Of a DNA stretch of 64,000 nucleotides, positions 11,781-23,399 are shown piece by piece. The position numbers were made by a program, and so were the translations under genes. Below the pieces are notes generated by a model. The model did no database searches and was not told where the DNA came from. It was given only the letters and a program-made list of their open reading frames with translations. Source of the DNA: Basidiobolus meristosporus CBS 931.73 (taxonomy: Eukaryota; Fungi; Basidiobolomycota); contig MCFE01000205.1 of the NCBI GenBank assembly GCA_002104905.1, positions 66,071 to 130,070 of the forward strand, read 5' to 3'. Positions within the stretch are counted from its first letter, which is position 1, and each line of letters starts with the position of its first letter.

Positions 11781-12514
11781 AGACTTGTTCTGTTAGATAG
11801 TGCCACATTGAGCCATGAGTGCCAAATGATGCCATAGTGTGCCAGAGAGGTCAAGTGAGCCTATACTTGGCCACAGAGTGTGGAACATAGCTCTGTATCT
11901 TCATGTAAAGCAGCCCCTGTGTTTCACCCATTGTGCAGGAGAAAATCCATTTTTTGGCCTTTTTTTGTGGATCAATGTAGCTCAGGATGTGTGAGAGCAC
12001 AGGAGAACTGAAGATATGCATCTGGTACTCAATACCCATGGCACTCTGAATCTAACTTCTGTAGCTTGTATCATGTCAGAAAAATGAATGGCACTATCTT
12101 GGTCCACTGGTACTATCTGGCACTATAAGTGCTTTGTATAGATCTTACTTTAGGGCTAATATTTAAATATAGTGCCAGATAGTACCAGTGGACCAAGATA
12201 GTGCCATTCATTTTTGTGACATGATACAAGCTACAGGAGCTAGATTTAGAGTGCCATGGGTATTGAGTACCAGATGCATATCTTCAATCTGCTTGTGCTC
12301 TATCATATCCTGCACAACATTGATCCACAAAAAAAGGTCAAAAAATAGATTTTCTCCAACACAATGGGTGAAACACAGGGGCTGCTTTGCATGAAGATGC
12401 AGAGCTATGTTTCACACCCTGTGGCCAGGTAGAGGCTCAATTGGCCTCTCTGGCATACTATGGCATCATATGGCACTCATGGCTGAATGTGGCACTATCC
12501 AACAGAACAAGTCT
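11781..12514. mobile_element. Foldback MITE of the PHIS family: two 347-bp inverted arms around a 40-bp spacer, ATT TSD
   Basis: Arm 11781-12127 is the reverse complement of 12168-12514 with scattered mismatches; termini AGACTTGTTC/GAACAAGTCT; ATT on both sides. Confidence 0.92.
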
Positions 12515-12895
12515 ATTTAATTGATGCTATACTCACAAGTCTATATTCAAATAGGGAATCTGCAATTGATGTGATCCAATCCATGTCAATGCAAGTCAAG
12601 ATGCATCGTGTATAATATATGGAAAGCTTAACAATCACATTAGTTTTCATATATTTTTCTTATAAGACCAGGTTGATATCAATACACTACTGTATAATAT
12701 CTAAATGTGCTGCTATGGTCCCTATACCAAGTCTCAAGTCAACTCTAGCACAACCCAGACAAAACCCATCCCCCAGCTCACAGCATTCTAGTATGGCCCA
12801 AGTATCAATGATGAGCCTTCATACCAATGTTTGGGTACTACTTATTAATCTAGCAGAACTAGATACCACAGTGATTTGACAGAAATGGAAGAACC

Positions 12896-13414
12896 TGTTA
12901 TGAATAGACACAAGGCAGGAGGAAAAGCTAGGCATGGCAGGAAAGGACTTAGGTGTGGACCATCAAGGCAAGGCAGGATTCAAGGCAAGGCTGTTTATTC
13001 AAGACCTGTGTTTATCGGACTGAGGAATACTTAAGGGGGGATAGGACTATATATACTTTTTGGCTATACTGATGCCAAGAGATATTAGCTAATACTAATG
13101 TGTTGTGGGGTGAGTCACAGCAATGGTGCTGGGGATAATGACATAGATGACACGGCACTGAGACAGGATGGGGAATGGATTGGGTCACCTGATCATGTGA
13201 CTAAGTCATGTGACCTGGTATTTCCATATATGGTACTGGACAATGAAAAATACAATGGAAAGCTTCCATGGAATGTTCCATTGTGTAATGATGGTTTGGA
13301 ATGGTCAGGAACTTTTGGGAAGGTGGTAGAAGGTTCCATAAGGAGTCTCTTAGAAATTGAGCTAGGGAGCTGAAACTTGGCATGGGTGCTCATGGTTGTC
13401 ATGTGATCATGACA
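12896..13414 (-). mobile_element. 3' LTR (519 bp) of the chromovirus
   Basis: Minus strand TGTCATGA...TCATAACA, preceded by PPT ggtagaggagaatag; contains a TATATA box and AATAAA. Confidence 0.85.
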
Positions 13415-13483
13415 CTATTCTCCTCTACCAGGCAAAGCTCTGTTTCCCTTTGGGGCAGGTTTTGCAGGATATTGTTGGTGGAA

Positions 13484-14350
13484 CTAGGTAACTAGTTCTT
13501 GACAATTAGTGCAATGGGTAGCTGGTTCCCATGTTTGGTCACTTGGGCCATAACCAATCCAGTCTACTAAGTAGTACAGCTTTGACCGGATATACTTGGA
13601 GTCCAGAATCTGTTTAACTTCAAATTCTTGATGTTGGTCAACCTGAATAGCTTGGGGCTTTGCTTCTTGCCGGTTTGGCAAGGTGTTCCTACAATACAGC
13701 TCCAGGAGGGACACATGGAAAGTATCATGGATTTTCATACTTGCTGGTAGCTGTAGCTGATATACTATAGGGTTAAGCTTCTTCTTGATCTTGAAAGGAC
13801 CAAGTTTCTTGAAATCCAATTTGTCACAAGGGCGGTTGGTGCTGATGTTTCTTCCAAGCAGCCATACAGAATCTCCTTCATTAAGATCAGGGCTGGGATG
13901 CTGTTTTAGATTGGCAAATTTCTTGTAGCTTTCCTGAGCTAATGATAGTTCTTCCTTGAAGGCATTCTGGATGTCCTGGATTGCTTGGGCATGTTCAGCC
14001 GCATGTGGGCTCATTGGGTTTGTTGGAATCTGGATATCAAACTGAGGGTGGAATCCATAGTTTGCATAGAATGGTGTAAAACAGGTTGCACTATGGCTTG
14101 AGTTGTTGTAGGCAAACTCAGCAATAGGGAGTAGATCAACCCAATTGTCTTGCTGGTAAATGATATAGCACCGGAGGTATTGCTCTAGAATCTGGTTGAT
14201 TCTTTCAGTCTGGCCATCAGACTGTGGATGGAAGGCAGTAGAGAGCTTGACTTGAACACCAAGGTATTGCATGAAGTGTTTCCAAAACTTGGACACAAAC
14301 TGTGGGCCTCTATCTGACACAATATCACTGGGGATACCATGAAGGCGCAA
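13484..14350 (-). CDS. Integrase core + C-terminal chromodomain
   Basis: IVSDRGPQF, STAFHPQSDGQTERINQILEQYLR, GPFKI, FEVKQILD...YLVDWIGYGPSDQTWEP. Confidence 0.93.
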   Translation of the reverse strand: MRLHGIPSDIVSDRGPQFVSKFWKHFMQYLGVQVKLSTAFHPQSDGQTERINQILEQYLRCYIIYQQDNWVDLLPIAEFAYNNSSHSATCFTPFYANYGFHPQFDIQIPTNPMSPHAAEHAQAIQDIQNAFKEELSLAQESYKKFANLKQHPSPDLNEGDSVWLLGRNISTNRPCDKLDFKKLGPFKIKKKLNPIVYQLQLPASMKIHDTFHVSLLELYCRNTLPNRQEAKPQAIQVDQHQEFEVKQILDSKYIRSKLYYLVDWIGYGPSDQTWEPATHCTNCQELVT

Positions 14351-14377
14351 AATATTTTCCAGGACTAATGCAGCAGT

Positions 14378-16483
14378 TTATTTTGCATCAGTGTTCTTAC
14401 AGCAAGGGATAAAGTGAGCCATCTTGGTCAGCCAGTCAGCCACTCCAAGTAAAGCATTGAAGCCACATGACTCAGGGAGGTCAGTAATGAAGTCCATAGA
14501 TATAGATCTCCATTGGTGTTCTGGGATAGGCAAGGGCTGAGGAAGTCCATAGGGCTGGTGTCTGGCTGGTTTTGCACGGTTGCAAATATCACAAGTCAGA
14601 ATGTACTCTTTGATAAGAGTTATCATTCTTGGCCACCAGAAATCTCTTTTGATAGCATTCAAGGTTTTGGCAGTACCAAAGTGGCCTGCAGCCATTGAAT
14701 CATGCCAAGACTTAATGATGTATAGCTGGGTGGCAAGGTCTGGGACATAAAGCTGCTGCTTGTGGTAGATGAGGTTGTTTACCAAATGCAGGTTTGGGAT
14801 GTTTGGGAACTTGGGAGGGGGTGCAACTGGGGATTCCAGATATTTCTTGATGGTGCTGGAAGTCATATCAAAGGCTTGGGATTCTGATATCCTTACTAGG
14901 AATGAAGGGATGACAAGACTTGAGGACTGTGTGGCAAGAATCTCAAAATGTTTCTTGCTCAGCAATGGGTGTTCCATTTGCCAACAGGCATCATCTCCCT
15001 CTTCCAGGGCATATTCCTTTTTTCTGGACAGGGCATCAGGCTTTACTTGCTTGGCACCAGGTCTATAGGTGATAGTAAAGTCAAAGCTGGACAGGAAGAG
15101 TGACCATCTGGCTTGTCTCCAGCTTAGTACTATGGAAGTTGCAAAGTACTTGAGGTTCTTATGGTCACAGAAGACTTTGATTTTGTGTTTTGTACTGTCC
15201 AGGTAGTGTCTCCATTGCCCAAAGGCTACAATGATGGCAAGCAACTCCTTATCATAGATATCATAGTTGATCTCTGCAGGGGAAAACTTCCGAGAGTAGA
15301 ATGCAATGGGGTGCAACACATTATCCTCATCATACTGGGAGAGTATGGCACCAAGGGCAAAATCAGAAGCATCAGTCTCCACTATGAATTGCTTCTCAAG
15401 GTCAGGGTGGACAAGCAGGGGGGCCTTCAGGAAAGATTTCTTGAGTTGGTTAAATGAGCTGGATGGCTCCTCATTCCAGCCAAAAGGTGTGTTCTTCTGG
15501 GTAAGCTTTGTCCAAGGGGTGACTATCTTGGAGTAGTTGGCTATGAACCTGCGATAGAAGTTGGTGAATCCCAGGAAGGATTGTACTTCCTTGACTGTGC
15601 TTGGAGTTTTCCAGGGTTGGACTGTGTCAACTTTCTTTGGGTCCATTCTTGTTCCCTCAGGGCTGATGAGGTAACCAAGAAATTCCACTCCTCTCTGGTC
15701 AAATTCACACTTCTCTAACTTGGCATAGAGACCGGCAGAGTCTAGTTTTCTCAATACTTTCTTGACGTGTTCATCATGTTCATCTTGGCACTTGGAGTAT
15801 ATGAGAATATCATCAAGGCAGATTACCACAAACTGGTCAAGGTATTCATGAAATATATCATTCATGAGGTGTTGAAACACAGCAGGGGCATTGGTGAGGC
15901 TAAATGGCATTACTTTGTACTCAAAGTGACCATATCTTGTGCAAAAGGCAGCTTTCCATTCATCACCAGGCTTGATTTTAACAAGATTGTAAGCTCCTCT
16001 CAAGTCAATCTTGGTGAAGACTTGGGCAGCAGATAGCTGATCCAACAGTGTGTTGATCAGGGGCAGGGGGTAGCGGTTCTTGACTGTGATCTTATTCAAA
16101 GCATGGTAGTCCACACACATTCTGAGGGTGCCATCCTTCTTCTTGATAAAGAGGATTGGGGCTCCAGCAGGTGATTTGGAGTGCTTAATAAAACCCTTCT
16201 GGAGGTTTTCTTGGATATAACCATGGAGTTCTTTCAACTCCAGCTGGGAGAGATTATATATTGGGCCAAATGGAGGGACTTTTCCATCTTCAAGGTCAAT
16301 AGGGCAGTCATAAGGCCAATGGTCAGGGAGGAGTTCTGCTTTCTTCTTGTCAAAGACATGGGCAAACTCTTGGTACTTGGCTGGTATAGTTGCTGAGGGG
16401 GCTCCTTCAGCTGGCAAGGTATCATGGGCTGTTGAACTATTGGCAACAGTCTTTTCACGGTTATCAGGGTCTGGAGATTTCAT
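14378..16483 (-). CDS. Ty3/gypsy RT + RNase H + integrase zinc finger
   Basis: PAGAPILFIKKKDG, LRMCVDYHALN, KIDLRGAY, LDDILIYS, ETDASDFALGAIL, ELLAI, KPDALSR, H...GHFG...CDIC. Confidence 0.95.
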   Translation of the reverse strand: MKSPDPDNREKTVANSSTAHDTLPAEGAPSATIPAKYQEFAHVFDKKKAELLPDHWPYDCPIDLEDGKVPPFGPIYNLSQLELKELHGYIQENLQKGFIKHSKSPAGAPILFIKKKDGTLRMCVDYHALNKITVKNRYPLPLINTLLDQLSAAQVFTKIDLRGAYNLVKIKPGDEWKAAFCTRYGHFEYKVMPFSLTNAPAVFQHLMNDIFHEYLDQFVVICLDDILIYSKCQDEHDEHVKKVLRKLDSAGLYAKLEKCEFDQRGVEFLGYLISPEGTRMDPKKVDTVQPWKTPSTVKEVQSFLGFTNFYRRFIANYSKIVTPWTKLTQKNTPFGWNEEPSSSFNQLKKSFLKAPLLVHPDLEKQFIVETDASDFALGAILSQYDEDNVLHPIAFYSRKFSPAEINYDIYDKELLAIIVAFGQWRHYLDSTKHKIKVFCDHKNLKYFATSIVLSWRQARWSLFLSSFDFTITYRPGAKQVKPDALSRKKEYALEEGDDACWQMEHPLLSKKHFEILATQSSSLVIPSFLVRISESQAFDMTSSTIKKYLESPVAPPPKFPNIPNLHLVNNLIYHKQQLYVPDLATQLYIIKSWHDSMAAGHFGTAKTLNAIKRDFWWPRMITLIKEYILTCDICNRAKPARHQPYGLPQPLPIPEHQWRSISMDFITDLPESCGFNALLGVADWLTKMAHFIPCCKNTDAK

Positions 16484-16492
16484 GGAGTTGAC

Positions 16493-16930
16493 TTAGTGGG
16501 ATCTGGTGAATGACAGGATCTTGGATTTCCAATCAATACTCCAATTGTGGTAGCTCAACCATGAGTTTCCAAGCACAATAGGATAGTGTGGTGAGTTGAT
16601 GATGTTGAAGGCAATTCTTTCTTGGTGGGCAGTACTGGACAGCTGGAGTAAGCATGTTTCATGGGTAATGGTGCCAGAGGAGAGTGATCTTTCATCAATA
16701 ACTTCTACTTGGACTGGACAGGATTTCAAGCCAACAGGAATAGAGTGCTTCTGGACAAAGGCTTGGTCAATGAAACAGGATGAAGCACCGGAATAAATCA
16801 GGGCTAGGACTGGGACAGGACTGGAGTCAGGGATCTGGATTTTGACTGGCTTTCTCAAGGACTGGATAGATTTTGTGGCAAAGGAAGATTTTTGGATATG
16901 CTGGATTTTCATGGGTGGGTCCAGTTTCAA
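16493..16930 (-). pseudogene. Retroviral-type aspartic protease region (catalytic D replaced: ALIYSGAS)
   Basis: VLALIYSGASSCFID, IVLGNSWL. Confidence 0.85.
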
Positions 16931-17051
16931 GCCTGTCAGTGCAACTGGACATTGGAGTTTCCCAACAGATCTAAATCAGGTTGGTTATTGGAGGACTGCA
17001 TCAACTTGATGCTGGACTTCTTGTTGGGGCAGGACTTGGCAAAGTGACCGG

Positions 17052-17855
17052 TGTGGTGGTGTAGAGGTACTCCTGGGAGTGGCTACACAACTCAAGGTGT
17101 GTGAGGTGTCTGATGGGTGCAATAACCTCTGGGTCTAAACTGCTGGTGTCTTTGTCAGTATGTCTCTATGGTAAAAGCTCCTGCTTCTCTAGCTTCCTAG
17201 GTGCTCCAAGTGTCTCCAAAGGCCTCTGTGTGTCTTGTGCACTACCCTGAAAAGCTCCTTGATGGCAGGTCTGAGATGTACTGTTGAAGGCAGGTGCAGT
17301 GATCAACTGCTAATCAATAAGGTAGAAGTGTTACTGATGGAAGGGATGATTTATTGATGAGGGATTGCTTTCCCTTGAATACTTTTCCTGATTGCCAAGT
17401 GATTACTAATAACAAGGTTCTAGAAGATCCTAGGTATCAGTGGAATTCTTGATGACATCACTATGAGCTAAAAATATACCAAGAATGTCCTTGAAGGTTC
17501 TAAAAGGCACAGCACATTCAACCAATCAGAAATCAGTAGTCTGAAACCTGTACAACATAGAAATACCATATATGGTATTGAAATGGTAGGGATGGTAACA
17601 CAGACTTAGGTCATGTGTCACGGGTACTGACACGGGTACTTGCCTTATATAGATACATCTACTGATCACAAAGCTGAATAACATCTGGGATAACTAATGC
17701 TAATAACTAATCAGGGTAAACATCATATGGGGATAATACTGATAATATGGGCAAAAGATGAATGGGATAATACTGATAAGATAAAATATGGATAAGTATA
17801 TTATAATGACTATATGAATAAACTTGTCTGTGGGAGGTATGTTTACCGTACCATA
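17052..17855. mobile_element. Solo LTR (~0.8 kb) of another family, inserted in the gag zinc knuckle
   Basis: TGTGGT...ACCATA termini flanked by (A)CCGG duplication; removing it restores LCLY-x-GQPGHFAKSCP. Confidence 0.8.
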
Positions 17856-17866
17856 CCGGGTTGGCC

Positions 17867-18676
17867 TCAGTATAGACAGAGGTTGGCTTGTTGACGTCTG
17901 GACTTTTCACTCTTTGATAGTTTCTTGTATTTGGCACTATCAGTCTGCATAGGATCTTCTGGAGTGACTTGGGGAGCAGGAGGGGCTGGGACTGCAACAG
18001 GAATGTGTCTTTGACGGTTCTTTTGCTTCTTCTGGAATAGTCTGTTATCACACCAGATTGCTTGGTGTATAGCTTCAACCAATGTATCTGGATCTGGGAG
18101 TGTGAGTAGCAGACTACAAACTTCATCATTAAGGCCATCTTGGAATTGGCTTATCAAGGCTGCTTGACCCCAGGAGCTGAGGTCACTGGAGAGTTGTTGG
18201 AATTCTGAGGCGTAGACTGATGCTGGTTTGTTCCCTTGCTTGAGGGTCTTGATCTTGTTGGCAGCAGTTCTGGCTTGGTCAAGGTTACCAAATGTTAGCT
18301 CCATTTCAGTGAGAAAAGCTTGGTAGTCTCTGAGGAGGGGAGAGTTGGTCTCCACCAATGGGGAGAACCACTTGAGAGCTGTACCAGTAAGCAGGCTGGA
18401 GATGAAACCAACTTTGGCCTGGTCAGTAGGTTACCGGTTGGGCTGGAGTGCAAGATTGTTCTTCACCATGTTGATGAAGCCATAGAATTCATTCTGAGAG
18501 CCATTGAACTTGGTAGCAGGAGTATACTTGGGTTCTTGGTAGACTGGGACATGGCTAGTTTGCTGGACACTTTGGTTCTGGAACTGAGCTAGTGTGTTTC
18601 TGAGGTCTGCATGGTCTTGCTGCAGTTGGGTAAAGGCAGCCATGAGCTGGGCAAAGTTCAGCTCTAGGTTGGACAT
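17867..18676 (-). pseudogene. Chromovirus gag (frameshifted)
   Basis: MSNLELNFAQL...KFNGSQ, ...KIKTLKQG, ALISQFQDGL, AIWCDNRL, NLCLY start of the CCHC knuckle. Confidence 0.85.
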
Positions 18677-19197
18677 GGTAGCAGAGGAAGGCGGACAAAC
18701 TTGCAAGGAATACTGGAATATACTAAACTAGATTGTGGGTTTGTAAAGCCACTAGTATGTCAAGAATATAATTATTGAGCCACAATCCCCAACTTAAATA
18801 AGTTAGCGTCACTTCAGAAGGTACTGGTTTCAGCATCCTTTGATAGAGTATTGTACTAACACTTCCAATACTGTAACAACTGTAAATCCACCAGCAGGGT
18901 AATAAAGGGAATGCAGCTTTGACCAATAGTTTTACAAAGATAAAGTATCTTTGCCTTTATAGGACAAGACTAGGGAAAGATGATGGGTGATACTCACGGT
19001 GAGTATTCCTTTTACAAGTTTTCTTCAAACTTTGGGCAGAAGGCAGAGATCCACAGGTAAGTCAGGAGAGTCTGATAAAGCTGTTATGAATAAACAGCCT
19101 TGCCTTGAATCCTGCCTTGCCTTGATGGTCCACACCTAAGTTCTTTCCTACTGCGCCTAGCTTTTCCTCCTGCCTTGTGTCCATTCAAAACAGAACC

Positions 19198-20207
19198 TGA
19201 GCAGAAAGCTGTGGCATGAGTTCAACATCAAGATGCCAGTGGATGTATGTACAAAGATTTATAACAAGACAAGTATTGAAATCAAAAATGAGCTGAGAGT
19301 GAGGGTATTTTATGAGAAAGCTGTGCAGGAACAATTTTGCACGCAATTTGCTCAGTAGGGGCTAGATGTGTCTGTTTGTGCCTCAACTCTGGAAACCAAA
19401 GAGATTCTGAATGTGTATTTGCCTCAAATGACTAATGCATTACATGATATATTAGCAGAGTTAAGTGGCTTCTAAGAGCAATATACACAGGACTCATCCA
19501 GGCAACAGTTCCAAAGTATCAGACAGAGGGTAAGTGAATACCTTGAGGATTCAGAAGGGGAGCTTCAAAAGGATGAATACAGACCGCAAGTAACTGCATC
19601 CAGACTGTGCAAGCACTCTTTGCTGGATTCCTTACCATCCCTTGCAACTTCAGCATGTTGGTGCATGTCAGTCCAAACTATGCCAACACCCTTCACAATA
19701 GTGCCCTGCATTGAGTCAATGTCTGTAGGGTCAACATGCGCACTTCAGTGCAAAACCACAAGAACTTGCCCAATTGCTCATTTAGACACAAGTCCATTGG
19801 AGCAGGCCAAATTGCATCAACAATTGGCATCACATTGAACTCAGCTAAGGGCCATTCCAGTGCATCAAGTTGCACCTGTGTGGGCCATAACACCTGACCA
19901 TCAGCAAATTTCTTCTGGTGAAGTGACTGATGATGACCCACATGAAGTGCCTCCACCACCAGAGCCACTGGTAAGTAAAAAAACATGTTAGCATGCAGCA
20001 CTGCAAGCTGGTTCAGTAGCATCATCCAGAGCAATTAAGTGTGGCCAAGCTGCAGCATTGCACTCATCAACTAGCAGGCAGAATACTGACTACAAATATA
20101 CAAGTAGCCACAAGGATAGTCAACAAGGATGAAGTTTAGGTGTGCAAAGTGAGTCACTACAAAATGCTTCAGTAGTGATCCCTGTGCAAAAAAACCTAGG
20201 AGATGAT
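19198..20207 (+). pseudogene. Degenerate ORF2 of PHIS copy B
   Basis: Inverse homologue of 2772-3800 with several stops/frameshifts and many CpG-to-TpG/CpA changes. Confidence 0.75.
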
Positions 20208-21239
20208 GTTCCAATTGCAATGAATTGCTATTACTTGTCATGATCCAAACCACGCATTTTTTTGCAATCCCACTTGAGCTACCACAAATCAGTGGTCACT
20301 AAACTTATGATATAAGCAATATTCAGGTTGTCTCACATTTGAGACAGAACCCCTATAGATAAACACCCTGCATATATATACATCTTCTGTTACACTAGTG
20401 CAGCCATTTGATCCATTTTGCACCGGTTTGATCAGTTTTGTGATAGCAATGATGCCTTGTCCAATCACTAGGATCAGGGACTTACTTCCTCAATGGGCAA
20501 AATGGGATATTTGATGGCAAATCAGGTAGCTTGTGTATTGGTCAAAGAGCCAATTGGGGGCTGACAGCTCAGAATACTTTAGGACCAACTAACTGCTGAG
20601 ATACCATCCATTTGGAGTCATGGTAACCAAGATGGTAAGTATCAGTGTAATATATAGTGTGATACACTTTTATTTCTATTTACAGTAAAGAAACATATCC
20701 AAATACTGGATTTTACCTGCTATAATAGCGGTATCCAATTGCACTTGTGATGCAAACATTACAAGTTGGCGCAATCAGCTGTGCCAACCTGATTGTGTCA
20801 GATTGTACCATAGTGTGCAAGATTGTCCCCCATGGTGCAAAATTGTCCCAGAGCAATCCCGCCAACTGGTAGCTATAATATTGTGCCCAATTGTTCTTAG
20901 AGACTGCAGATTGCACCATGTGCCCTGGCATAGTACTATGGAACAAGTCTAATATATTTGATGGCAAATATTGCAAACAACCAAGAAATAAGGGCCACTT
21001 TGAAGGTATGTGTGACTATGCCTTTGCCTTGGCACTTGATGCATGCTCATTAAACTAGCACAACACCAGCAAATCCTGTTGGCTACTGATTCTCATCAAC
21101 CTGAATCTGCCACCTATTTTAAGGTATCAGAGCAGAAATCTGATGATTGTCTCATTGGTAGCTGAGCCTAAATTATTGTCCAGCCTGTATATATACCTGT
21201 ATCCATTGCTAAATGAGTTTTGTATGCTTACCAGCGGGA

Positions 21240-22680
21240 TGATGGTAAATGGCCATTAGGTCATAGCACATGTTATTATCTGCATTGGAGATACCTTAGC
21301 CATCTGCAAAATAGCCAGCTTCTCTGGGCACAATGAATGGTATTGCTGTTGAATGCATGAGATCCAGGGGACTTGCTCCATAACTCACACACATTGTTAC
21401 CCAAACACCAATACCAAAATCATCATTGTCACACAGAGAGAATGTGCAGAAGTCAGCATGCAATTGCAGCAAAGTTGGCAAGCAATAAGCCATTGGCCAG
21501 AATATGAAACTAACTGGAAACCAGAGATACTTAAGATAGAGGGTACCTGTTGGATCAAAAGCTTTCCACTAGGAGCAATGCATTTGCTTTCAACAATATC
21601 TCTATACTAACAACCAAGTTGTATATGGGGCATTTCAGGTAAAATGTGCCCTTTGGGATGTTGGAGAAATTCAAAAGAAGTGGCTAGATATTATGGAGCA
21701 TCTGCTACCCTAAGTACTTCTCATGGGCTCCAATCAACATTCATACACATATGCCACAATGCAAGTACAAGGACCAGATGAACTGGATATGTATTTATTC
21801 AAGTTACCTTCTGAAGCCACTTCCACCAAGGGTACATTGGAAGCATTGGGAGTGATATGTGGATATTGTATGAATATTTATCCAGTAGCAGATGATCAAT
21901 GCCAACTTGAAGCATCCATAGCATATGTGCAAGGAGTTTGTGATGGGATTTGAGTGGCTGCACTACAAACATAGTGCTGCATGCGCAGATCTCTGCTGCT
22001 ACTGTATTCATTAGCTACTCAATCTTGCTTGGTGTTTGGTGAATATTGGGCCTTACTTCACCTTTTGGGAGTTTCCTATGGAGTAGATGTGTGAGTAGAT
22101 AGGAAGACAAGTCAAATTTCAGGTACTACCATATCCCAATCTCATCAAGAATATCACTTTCAAGTTTGTCATGGATATGATGAGTTGGCAGATGGAGGAC
22201 ATCAAGGAAGTGCTGGAAAACACTGAGGACAGATGTGCACATGGAGACACCAATGCCTATGGCATTAAGAAGCTAAGCAGCCCTAATGCATGTGTAATCA
22301 GTTAAGTAATTCAAAAGTAGCTTTGGTGCAACACACAACTATTTTTATAAGTAAAACTATACCAAGGTATGCGTGATTTATCTTGGTTACAAGCCAATTT
22401 CTACACTATGCAATACAGAATTCACACAAACAAGAACCAGAGCACACCTATAAGGGAGACTAGACTCCAGCTGGGAGAATGAATATAATGGCTAAACACC
22501 AAAAGGTTCTTTGTGGATATTCAGGAGATATTCATGGCAGAAGTGGTGGCAACCAGACATATTTTGCAAGATGCATATGCTACCAGCAATACAAGATATA
22601 AGGCACCTTTGCAAGCATCACTCTAAAAAGCTGTAAAGTTGAGGTGATAGAAGTATATCAATTGTGGCAGGTGTGGGTGT
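21240..22680 (+). pseudogene. Degenerate CACTA/En-Spm-like transposase relic (approximate bounds)
   Basis: KIASFSGHN..CC..HEIQG and GP.F.FWEFPME motifs; inverse homologue of 35.9-37.5 kb. Confidence 0.55.
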
Positions 22681-23399
22681 TTGTAAAGGTTAGTAAGCAT
22701 GAGGCCATAGTATTTTTTGATATGAATAGTTTGTGAGATACCCAAGGTGGTAGAGGGTAAGCAAATAAAGAGGGGATATTCTACAATGGATTACATAAAT
22801 TGAACAAGGGGAGGTGGAAGAAGTAAATATCATTTGGTAAATTGGTATGGTAACGTTATAAAGAACTAACCGTAGGTCACCACACTGCTGCTATAACACC
22901 ATCAGAGGCTTGCAATGAGGCCATCAAAACACCATGAAATTTCTTGCCATATAAGGCAATGGGATGTGCTTGCCAATTAGGAACACTCAAATAGTTGTAG
23001 AGAATGCTGAGACTGCAACAATGCCATGCCACCCTTGCCAAATACCACCCAAACACTGTTTTGTTCTTCAACTTTATTTGGCAGTAAAATTAGCCAAATG
23101 CTGTTGTGATCCCACCAGGAGATCTGGTACAGGGCATTTAATTACAAGCCACTGATATTTTAATGGTCTCTTGAGGGATTCCTGATGGCTGATCTGGATT
23201 GCATCTGACTGTGGGACCAAATTATATTCTGTAGGGCTTAAAAACAATCAGAATGCACTTCACCTGCTCCATGAGCAGTATCATAGGATCACACTACCAA
23301 ATTGAGTTGAGTTTAGGTCAGCATTGGTATACCTAGAAATATCTGAAATAGCAGAAATTGTCCAAAGCTGAAGAACAAGGATGCAACAACTAAAAACAG

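Larger units (their letters stand above)
12896..19192 (-). mobile_element. Ty3/gypsy chromovirus (Tf1/sushi-like) inserted in ORF2 of copy B; 5-bp TSD GAACC
   Basis: gag, protease, RT-RNase H, integrase-chromodomain; GAACC at 12891-12895 and 19193-19197; host ORF2 rejoins colinearly with copy A. Confidence 0.92.
10554..20950 (-). mobile_element. Complete PHIS/Pangu-like transposon copy B (~3.36 kb once the nested insertions are removed), AAT target-site duplication
   Basis: TIRs AGACTTGTTCCAT (10554) and ATGGAACAAGTCT (20950), both flanked by AAT; divergent transposase and ORF2; interrupted by a MITE and a gypsy element. Confidence 0.88.

Noticed and set aside
12896-19192. DIRS/tyrosine-recombinase element, because of the inverted termini
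   Set aside because: Encodes a DDE integrase with chromodomain, has a PPT, a normal 3' LTR and a 5-bp TSD; no recombinase
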